DNA from: Fibrobacteria bacterium
Lineage (GTDB): Bacteria > Fibrobacterota > Chitinivibrionia > Chitinivibrionales > FEN-1185
Assembly: GCA_037447435.1 (NCBI GenBank)
Contig: JBBIGR010000001.1
Span: 64,001-128,000, forward strand
Length of the DNA stretch: 64,000 nucleotides
Direction: 5' to 3'
The notes beneath the pieces were generated by a model that ran no database searches, was not told the origin of the DNA, and saw only the letters and a list, made by a program, of their open reading frames with translations. Of this stretch, positions 57,601 to 64,000 are shown in pieces; the first letter of the stretch is position 1, and each line of letters opens with the position of its first letter. The position numbers and the translations under genes were made by a program.

Positions 57601-58699
57601 GCGCAAGCGACAGGGCCGGCGAGGTCTTGAGCGAAAGCCAGTAATGCCGGTAATCGTCGTATCTGTCCAGCTTGTAGGTAAAGTGATTCGCCGGATTTTC
57701 GCTGCTTGCATTTACCGTTTCGTAATGCCAATCGGACGTTGAGCTGACATAGGCCAGAACATATTCCGACGTATCGAGGGTACCTGTTTTTCCATTGTCA
57801 TGCCGCAGAAGCGGGATTTCGGTAAGCCCGTCGGGGATGGATGAAAAGCCCGGAGTTATGGGGTCCATTTCCCCTTTGCATGACGCATACAGCGCGATGT
57901 TCGATAAGGACACGTTGGTTCCGAAAATCCGTATCAGGTCGGCACCTTTGATTTTTATCACCCTGTTTTCGTTTATGGTTCCTTCGTTAAGGGCGTTATG
58001 GCCGTCGCCGATGTCGAAGCGGGCGGCTTTGTCGCCGGGCAATATCGGTATCTGTCGGATTTTGGCTTGCTTTGCAAGCGTAGATGTCGTTGACCAGGAT
58101 TTTGCTATCGGATAATTCATAATAAGAGTGGAAAGCATTCTTGCGAAATCGGATTTTCCGGGGCCGGCTGTCGCAGTTCGGGATACCGACGTCGGCGGAA
58201 AGGTTATGGTGAAAACTCCTTTGTCGAGCACTTGCAACGTCTTTGTCGCGGGGTCGTATATAAACGGTCGCAATACAAATTGCTTGCAGGATAATCCCGA
58301 AAAGGTTTTTGCCATGCCGGAAGAAAGCCATGCTGCAGGGGAAAATGAAAGACCGGGATAGCGTTTCGCCGTTTGATACGACTTCCGGGTCGTAATCTGC
58401 TTTGTCAAAACCACCGCATGCGTTGCCGATGCCTGAAACGTGGCCGACGACTCGCCCGATTTCGGCACCCCGATTACGAACGAATAACCCGGAATCATCG
58501 GCTCGTTATTTTCTCCCAAATCTATGTTTGAGCCTTCAAACGACAATTGTGTCCGATCGGCGCTTTGCGCCATGGCCACCTTGTCGGTTGTCCATTCAAA
58601 GGTGCACTTTTGCGCCGTGTTTTCGAGAATCCGAATGCCCGCCTGACTAATACACACCATAAAAAGGCTAAAAAACAACGTCGTTTGAAATTTACCCAT
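54584..58699 (-). CDS. porU: PorU-like T9SS sortase (peptidase C25) with C-terminal domain
   Basis: DYLIISHPDF, LYNQFSGG, LGRFP, NYFGHG (His), FSCSVGRFD (Cys), LGDP, DTSGP, FNYPNP...IYTLSGRLI...PGVYLY. Confidence 0.82.
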   Translation of the reverse strand: MGKFQTTLFFSLFMVCISQAGIRILENTAQKCTFEWTTDKVAMAQSADRTQLSFEGSNIDLGENNEPMIPGYSFVIGVPKSGESSATFQASATHAVVLTKQITTRKSYQTAKRYPGLSFSPAAWLSSGMAKTFSGLSCKQFVLRPFIYDPATKTLQVLDKGVFTITFPPTSVSRTATAGPGKSDFARMLSTLIMNYPIAKSWSTTSTLAKQAKIRQIPILPGDKAARFDIGDGHNALNEGTINENRVIKIKGADLIRIFGTNVSLSNIALYASCKGEMDPITPGFSSIPDGLTEIPLLRHDNGKTGTLDTSEYVLAYVSSTSDWHYETVNASSENPANHFTYKLDRYDDYRHYWLSLKTSPALSLAPSKPSPVVAADVATSGRGHYLLKRSSFKSHSGGAEGGMDFAWTILTMYNPSFTVPDVTLPDIDATAPCSLFLWPGYSLGSISTAISYGNQTVCGECGWNQWINTPYPGDGKPFTIKTSGQSSDSMELMGIEFAYSKKIDMTGKKTLTVFSAESPGLTRYRLSGIGNDLVYLFRITNWDSSITLIDTVRNVANYEWTDTSNAGIRYYACTETGIDTAPTLQQAASPVTNSFVINNVRTYGTPIDYLIISHPDFLTPARKLATHKKNIGTFKNPMVLSTTDLYNQFSGGKVDPSAIRNCLAYIYTYQRDQLHDSSFAYVAFFGSGHYDCRGIESAEDPVYIPVAEIGNSCIEDFFTYLQSGEDASSPTATSDVFLGRFPCKSVTEATQMVDKVIQTEDPSYAVVNGWRNRILLVADDDMQGLNHDPLQLEHMWASENVDSITDSLAPWIDIRKTYLFDYPWNANLEKPEAAQSIVSNVNNGVAIMNYFGHGADNVWADEHVLMYDNIANMTNNGMYPIVNSFSCSVGRFDKPGSTRSLSEYLILALKSGAVATISATRSVYASDNKDLALNFYQTIFNPSNNGGVKSYGAALTAAKFACLSNNSQKMYSYLGDPSLAYSQGDHEIKLTLTADNGANLDTVKALQHILVKGIVVKKGETNVDPAFSSSQSLKANVQISMFNPPYLASRKDGGTANVDFTYKKAGSPIFIGQTEVTNGVFTQRILVPKNIAFDKLGAKLTAFAWHGLDIAVGTKNNLVFHGFDTLAVSDTSGPVIAARPIYTGVSATSAPGVAAKGASFTDNISASCPFSMEISISDSNGIDAVSTGPDEGITYEITGPKNQARTNINQKFQFLQGDYRRGSATIAFEASPAWPAGTYKIAVSAQDMLGNVSHKTIGLEITDDKELTLYHVFNYPNPMRLGETSKFYFDLSQTAAQTGNTAIRVMIRIYTLSGRLIRVFDNAYRGQEFDAKDSFGNSLSPGVYLYQIVAANDQKMVKSKIEKLAINPPR

Positions 58700-58843
58700 G
58701 AATGATTCGATTCCTTTTTGGGGAAAAAAATTGCTTTATTCATTTATTACGATTCTAAAATACTATTTGATGTCGCAAACTGTTTGATTGTATGAAAATC
58801 ATGAACAAGATATCGATTGAAGTCGTGAAGTAGTTTAGAAGAT

Positions 58844-60025
58844 ATGAAAAAAATACTGGCCATAGAAAAACTGGTCCATGGCGGGTTGGGACTGTGCCGT
58901 GCAGAAAACGGAGTGATTTTTGTCGATGCCGTAGCTCCGGGCGATAGCATAGAAATTGAAACCGACACGATACAAAAAATCCAAAAAACCATGCATGTGC
59001 ATGCTTTTTCGCTCATTACACCGTCGGCAATGAGAAGAAAGCCGTCGTGCCCGTATTTCGGCGTTTGCGGCGGCTGCAATTGGTTGCATTTGACATATGA
59101 AGCCCAACTAGCAATAAAAAAACAAATCATAAGCGAGACGCTTGCCCGTATCGGAAAAATCAAGGATATTCCCGATTTGGCTGTTTTTTCCTCGCCGGAA
59201 TTTTCGTATCGCCGCAGGGTGCAATTTAAAATTGACGCACAAAAGAAAACAATCGGCTTTTACAAAAGAAGATCAAATGACATCGTCGAAATCGATTCCT
59301 GCCCTCTCTTATGCGACCCGATAAACGCCTTGCTTGGAAAAATCCGGGAGAATACAGCATCGATAAAACCCCATATCGATGAAGTAAAAGCAATTGCCGG
59401 CAACAATTCCGACGGACTTTTTTCGACAGTCGCCTCCTATCCATGCTTTACAAACATATCGACGGCAAACACAGAAATCTATTGCGACGGTTATGTTTTT
59501 CCCGTATTGGGCAATGGCTTTTTCCAAGGAAACCGGTTTTGCGCTTCCCAACTTGGTGCTTGGGTTGCCGAACAGTGCTGCGGCAACATGTTTTTAGACC
59601 TTTATGGCGGCAGCGGATTTTTCTCGGTTTATTTGGCAAAGAAATTTAAAACAGGCTTGCTTGCGGAATCGGTCCCATCACACACAAATATGGCAGAAAA
59701 AACTTTTATTAAAAACGGAATATCTTCTGTGCAAATAAGAAACGGTCATACCATGACGATACTTCAGCAAATAATTGCGGAAAAAACTCCAATAGATTGG
59801 TGCATCGTTGATCCGCCCAGAACCGGACTCGAAAAAGGAATGTGCGAAGCATTAAATAAAGCAGAATGCCGGAATATTATTTATGTATCGTGCGATATTG
59901 CGACACAGGCTCGTGATGCGGGTATTTTAATAAATCAAATGGGATATCATATCAAAAAATCCGCATTTTTCGATATGTATCCCCAAACACATCATATGGA
60001 AACCGTTCTGGTTCTATCCCGTTAA
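58844..60025 (+). CDS. rlmD: RNA m5U methyltransferase (RlmD/TrmA family)
   Basis: TRAM N-terminus, CPYFGVCGGC, FFQGN, DLYGGSG, VDPPRTG, YVSC, DMYPQTHHME. Confidence 0.87.
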   Translation: MKKILAIEKLVHGGLGLCRAENGVIFVDAVAPGDSIEIETDTIQKIQKTMHVHAFSLITPSAMRRKPSCPYFGVCGGCNWLHLTYEAQLAIKKQIISETLARIGKIKDIPDLAVFSSPEFSYRRRVQFKIDAQKKTIGFYKRRSNDIVEIDSCPLLCDPINALLGKIRENTASIKPHIDEVKAIAGNNSDGLFSTVASYPCFTNISTANTEIYCDGYVFPVLGNGFFQGNRFCASQLGAWVAEQCCGNMFLDLYGGSGFFSVYLAKKFKTGLLAESVPSHTNMAEKTFIKNGISSVQIRNGHTMTILQQIIAEKTPIDWCIVDPPRTGLEKGMCEALNKAECRNIIYVSCDIATQARDAGILINQMGYHIKKSAFFDMYPQTHHMETVLVLSR

Positions 60026-60037
60026 AAAGCGACAGTG

Positions 60038-60325
60038 TCAGCGAGCCATTCGCTCAAGCGAAACTGGTTCCAACCACGCTTTTTTAAAAGCCACCTCTCC
60101 TGACTGGCTTTCAAAACCGGACTTCGTTGACACTGCCCTGAAAATACAGGAACCATTAAAACTGTTTCCGTTTTGTTCCAAAGACGCTATTCCTTCAAGA
60201 GGGATTGACTTGTGATTATGAAAATAGGCCTCTATATATGTTTCCCTGCTTACCTTCATCAAACTGAAAGCTCCTACAAAAGTCGCAAAGGTTACAATCA
60301 TGATCAATTTCATACCTACCCCCAA
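60038..60325 (-). CDS. Small hypothetical protein with N-terminal hydrophobic segment
   Basis: Only ORF filling the gap; no recognised motif. Confidence 0.4.
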   Translation of the reverse strand: MGVGMKLIMIVTFATFVGAFSLMKVSRETYIEAYFHNHKSIPLEGIASLEQNGNSFNGSCIFRAVSTKSGFESQSGEVAFKKAWLEPVSLERMAR

Positions 60326-60488
60326 TTCTATCCGGGAGTCCTTTGATTAAATCCATTTGCAGGGGATTAATCATTAAAAAAACTTTTCGTTTTCAAATAA
60401 TAGGGCATTACTCTATCCATATAATGTATCAAAAGCTATGCCACTTTTTAAATCTCCATTTCGGTAAAATTCATTTTTCCAATAAAAT

Positions 60489-60526
60489 TAAAAAGGCTGC
60501 AATTTTTAAAAAAAGCAGCCTTTTTA
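60489..60526. terminator. Intrinsic terminator after dfx
   Basis: TAAAAAGGCTGC ... GCAGCCTTTTTA arms, about 30 nt after stop at 60555. Confidence 0.8.
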
Positions 60527-60554
60527 TAACTACCAGTAATTCAATTGATTAGGC

Positions 60555-60938
60555 TTATTTAGTAGCCCACAAACCATGCAAATTACAAAATTCTCGGGCA
60601 ATAAGTGGCACATTTTCTTCGACAAGAAACTCTGCTTCGGCAACAGTATCACCTTCGGTGAAATCATGACGAAGCACTTTTTTACCAGCAATGAGTTCGA
60701 CATTGAGAATGTAATGCTCTTTAGTCATCGGATGCGCAACAGATCCAACTTTCACTGTGACTTTGTTGCCGTTTCTTTCGATAACCGGAACATGCTTTTC
60801 TTTTGCTGCATCTGTAGTGTTTGCAATAAGTTGCTTCATTTCTTTCCCGCAACAAATTACTGCTTCGCCACCATTCCACAACGATTCGACAATAACGCCG
60901 CAACCATCACACTTATAAATTGCCTTTTTCTCAACCAT
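60555..60938 (-). CDS. dfx: Desulfoferrodoxin (2Fe superoxide reductase)
   Basis: YKCDGCG...CCG centre I; EKHVP, HPM...HYI, CNLHGLW centre II. Confidence 0.95.
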   Translation of the reverse strand: MVEKKAIYKCDGCGVIVESLWNGGEAVICCGKEMKQLIANTTDAAKEKHVPVIERNGNKVTVKVGSVAHPMTKEHYILNVELIAGKKVLRHDFTEGDTVAEAEFLVEENVPLIAREFCNLHGLWATK

Positions 60939-61025
60939 GAAAAACTCCCTTTAGTTTAAATGAATATTATTGATCTACTAAATTAATTTTGCGATATTAA
61001 ACAGTACTTTTCATCATCTTTTTGA

Positions 61026-61041
61026 AGCAATCTACATGCCG
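61026..61041 (-). promoter_or_regulatory. Sigma54 -24/-12 promoter of dfx
   Basis: Minus strand CGGCATGTAGATTGCT, exact GG-N10-GC, 88 nt before start. Confidence 0.72.
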
Positions 61042-61169
61042 CACATTAAAAAAGGTACTTTTCGGGTTTTTTGCCTTATTTAGCCTGTTTAAGATATTAT
61101 CTTATTTGGGCGAATTTTTCTACAAATTAATAATTTTTCTCATTTTCTCAAAATGATATTCTCGATTTA

Positions 61170-62987
61170 TTAATTTTGAGAATTCTCATCTTCGGAAGAA
61201 ATTCCCAATTTTTTTAATTTTCGGAATAATGTGGCTTTGTGAATTCCCAACTTTTCCGCTGCCTTGATTTTGCTGCCATGTGTTTCGGCAAGTACGGACA
61301 ATAAAAACAGCTTTTCAAGCTCATCAAAATTTTTTACGGTCGCTAAGGTTTTAATTGCCCGATCTTGATCGACATTTTTTATATGATCCGGTAAATGATG
61401 GGATCCGATAACCGGATCCTTGCAGAAAATAAACGCATGTTCGATAATATTTTCGAGTTCCCTGATATTTCCCGGATATTCATAGGATAGCAAGCAATCT
61501 TGTGCTTCTTTGGACATACCTTCGATGATTTTATTATATCGAACATTGAATTTATTAATAAAATGATCGCACAAAAGCGGTACATCGCCGCGTCGGTCGC
61601 GCAGCGGCGGCAGCTTTATAACCAGTACGTTAATTCGGTACAGCAAATCTTCCCTGAAATCCTGAGTTTTAACAAGGGCATTTAAATCTTTGTTTGTCGC
61701 GGCTATAACCCGGACATCGACCTTGACTTGCTCCATAGCGCCGAGCGGTTCAAAGGTTTTTTCCTGCAGCACGCGCAACAACTTGACCTGCATCGCCGGG
61801 GAAATGTCTCCTATTTCGTCGAGAAATATCGTGCCGCCGTGTGCGCGGGAAAAAATTCCTGCTTTGTCTTTTTTAGCATCGGTAAATGCACCCGCTTTAT
61901 AGCCGAAGAGTTCCGATTCAAGCAGATTGTCGGGCAAGGCCGAACAATTGACTGCGATAAACGGTTTTGATTTACGATCGGACATTTCGTGAAGGGATCG
62001 GGCCACAAGTTCCTTTCCCGTTCCGCTTTCGCCGGTAACGAGCACGGTTGCCGGAGTTGTGGCTACCTGGGATACGATCGTAAATATGCCCTTCATCGCC
62101 GAACTTCGACCTACCATATTGTTGAATGTCGATTGCTCCATCATTTCTTTTCGGAGGTTCGCTACCTGATGCCGGGCATCTTCGGCTTCACGCTTCACAT
62201 TTTGGATACGGTCTTGTTCGGCGAGTTTCTTTTCTGTAATGTCCTGTACCTGAACAAGCAGCAATTCGCCTTTTTCCAGCGGTGTTATATTCCATAACAG
62301 GTCTTTTTGTTTGTCGGCGTTTTGAGCAGAGGGCTCGGGATTTTTATGCAATATCGTTTCCAGTTCGATACTTTGGCCTTGTTCAAGTACCAGCTTGTTT
62401 GCTTCGGAGATATTCACATACGCAAATAGTGAGGGCATATACATGATTTCATCCGCGATTTTCTTCATTCCGAAAATCTTGTGAAACGATTGATTCATTT
62501 CATTGACTTGACCGTTTTTATCGAAAAGTGCAATACCGATTGGCGACCAAGACACAATGCTTTTGAAACGTTTTTCGCTGTCTAAAAGCTTTTTTTGCGC
62601 TTCATATCTATCGGTAATGTCGACGATGCACATGCGAAGGCCGCGCTGGGGCAAAATAGGCGCGGAATTTACAAGAATATGCAACACTCTATTGTCTTTC
62701 CCGTTAACGCAATATTCGACTGCGTTCCCGAAATCGCCGTTGAATATATTTTGTATGTCCTTTTCCGCTTTGGTTTTGTCCTGCGGTGAAATAACGTCGA
62801 ACAGGTAAATCCCTTTTTCAATTTGATCTTTTGTCAAGCTAAACAGTTCCATGCCCTTGGCATTTATGTAGCCCAGCTTGAAATTTTCATCCCATTCGCA
62901 GATTATGGCAGGCAAAAGCATTGCTATGTCTTTAAACCTTTTTTCGCTTTCCCGTAGGACCGTTTCCGTGTTCGATGAATTATGCAT
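61170..62987 (-). CDS. Sigma54 enhancer-binding protein (PAS-PAS-AAA+-Fis HTH)
   Basis: Two PAS-like domains; GESGTGKE, ESELFG, GAFTDA, FLDEIG, YPGNIRELEN, AAEKLGIHKATLFRKL. Confidence 0.94.
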   Translation of the reverse strand: MHNSSNTETVLRESEKRFKDIAMLLPAIICEWDENFKLGYINAKGMELFSLTKDQIEKGIYLFDVISPQDKTKAEKDIQNIFNGDFGNAVEYCVNGKDNRVLHILVNSAPILPQRGLRMCIVDITDRYEAQKKLLDSEKRFKSIVSWSPIGIALFDKNGQVNEMNQSFHKIFGMKKIADEIMYMPSLFAYVNISEANKLVLEQGQSIELETILHKNPEPSAQNADKQKDLLWNITPLEKGELLLVQVQDITEKKLAEQDRIQNVKREAEDARHQVANLRKEMMEQSTFNNMVGRSSAMKGIFTIVSQVATTPATVLVTGESGTGKELVARSLHEMSDRKSKPFIAVNCSALPDNLLESELFGYKAGAFTDAKKDKAGIFSRAHGGTIFLDEIGDISPAMQVKLLRVLQEKTFEPLGAMEQVKVDVRVIAATNKDLNALVKTQDFREDLLYRINVLVIKLPPLRDRRGDVPLLCDHFINKFNVRYNKIIEGMSKEAQDCLLSYEYPGNIRELENIIEHAFIFCKDPVIGSHHLPDHIKNVDQDRAIKTLATVKNFDELEKLFLLSVLAETHGSKIKAAEKLGIHKATLFRKLKKLGISSEDENSQN

Positions 62988-63069
62988 GTTTTATCTTTCT
63001 TTAACTATTGTCGCATTAGTAACTAAATAGAAAATCTCTACGCAATATGCGTGAATAAAATCACAGCTA

Positions 63070-63108
63070 GAACTATTCGGTTGCGAAGCAACCGAATAGT
63101 TCCTTTTT
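63070..63108 (+). other. Perfect 15-bp hairpin with GAA loop and T tract
   Basis: GAACTATTCGGTTGC-GAA-GCAACCGAATAGTTC then CTTTTT. Confidence 0.8.
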
Positions 63109-63228
63109 AGGAAAATAGCTTGAAAGAATTAAATTTACAAGATTTAACCCGATTGATTCATTTACAGGTTTCTTTGTCCTGTTGCATTTTACTATATTGC
63201 TTTCATTAAAAGGATAGCGGAGGGAATC

Positions 63229-63747
63229 ATGGATAAAAGAATTGTGGATCTTCTCAGTACCATTCATGCCGAAGCTTCATTCCTTTTGCTTTCGGGCAAG
63301 GATTACTGCGGGGGCGATTTTGTGCTGGAAACCTGCGCGGGCTGCAAATGCTTTTTTGCCTGTGAATCTGTGACCAGAGGAAACAAATTACTGACCGATA
63401 TAAGAAAAGAACTGCCTATCAAAGGGAGCGAAATGAACCGGGAAGTGTATGAAGTGAAATGCCAGCTTGTTTTGGATTGGGCGCGTGCCGAAGTGAGGCA
63501 TTTTTCCGATTTTGCAGCAGGACCTGAAGAAGTAACCCGCGCAATGGAATTCATGAAAAGCATTTCGGAAATAGAACCGTATATCAAGTCCTCTTTCGCG
63601 CTCATGGATACCATTAAAAAAATGATCGGCGAATATCATATCATGCTGGAACTTCTCGACCAAAAGGCGCCGAAATGGCGCGACAATTTCTCTTTTGACA
63701 AAACCGGCGCCGAAGCGCAGGCATTGGTGAACCGGATTTTAGGATAA
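63229..63747 (+). CDS. Hypothetical protein with N-terminal Cys cluster
   Basis: GGAGGG RBS; CAGCKCFFAC; 172 aa. Confidence 0.75.
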   Translation: MDKRIVDLLSTIHAEASFLLLSGKDYCGGDFVLETCAGCKCFFACESVTRGNKLLTDIRKELPIKGSEMNREVYEVKCQLVLDWARAEVRHFSDFAAGPEEVTRAMEFMKSISEIEPYIKSSFALMDTIKKMIGEYHIMLELLDQKAPKWRDNFSFDKTGAEAQALVNRILG

Positions 63748-63961
63748 AATATCCAACCCATGTTCCGCATGGGGTAAGTTTATTTTATAGATTATTTACA
63801 CTTCGAGTACATAGTGCACGCGCAAAATACGTATATAATTCAGATATAGGTACTCAGCGTCCCGCGTTTATATTTATATACTAACCATTTTCTGACAACC
63901 CGCTAGTATTCCTCATATTAATTATTGAATTGAAACTTTTATTTAAACTTCATCTAGGGCA

Positions 63962-64000
63962 ATGATGAAAAACTTGATATTTTTCCTTGTCACTCAAACA
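63962..64000 (+). CDS. Possible 5' end of an exported protein (truncated by window)
   Basis: AGGG then MMKNLIFFLVTQT, signal-peptide-like. Confidence 0.35.
   Translation, partial: MMKNLIFFLVTQT

Noticed and set aside
63757..63773. CCCATG/CATGGG hairpin after the 63229 gene
   Set aside because: Only a 6-bp stem with a weak, offset T tract; too weak to call a terminator.

Overview
64 kb of ordinary chromosome from a Gram-negative, probably anaerobic bacterium of the FCB group. Fibrobacterota/Chitinivibrionia is my inference, from a TIGR02171-like FGE-domain lipoprotein, PorU/PorZ-like genes and gene order. The window holds: (1) a housekeeping run yggS-divIVA-yggU-pnp-ileS-lpxL-lptCAB-rpoN-lipA-hpf, interrupted by two AT-rich inserts (a DUF4160/DUF2442 pair and a secreted 8-repeat propeller protein); (2) a large dispersed surface-glycan region with an AsnB-like amidotransferase, GT-D, GT2 and GT4 enzymes, a deacetylase, an MsbA-like ABC exporter, a Wzx-like flippase and two GT-C enzymes; (3) type IX secretion (T9SS) attachment-complex homologues (PorU-like C25 sortase, PorZ-like propeller) and CTD-bearing cargo; (4) stress modules, namely an Fe-S protein-hcp-ferredoxin run with a perfect FNR-type box and desulfoferrodoxin with a sigma54 -24/-12 site next to a PAS-bEBP. 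The strongest leads are a possible T9SS sortase/glycan anchoring system outside Bacteroidota, and a strong enrichment of the D-[ST]-[AILMVT] O-glycosylation sequon in exported but not cytoplasmic proteins. I saw no rRNA, tRNA, CRISPR array, transposase, integrase or reverse transcriptase. All family calls come from motif recognition by eye; no searches were run.
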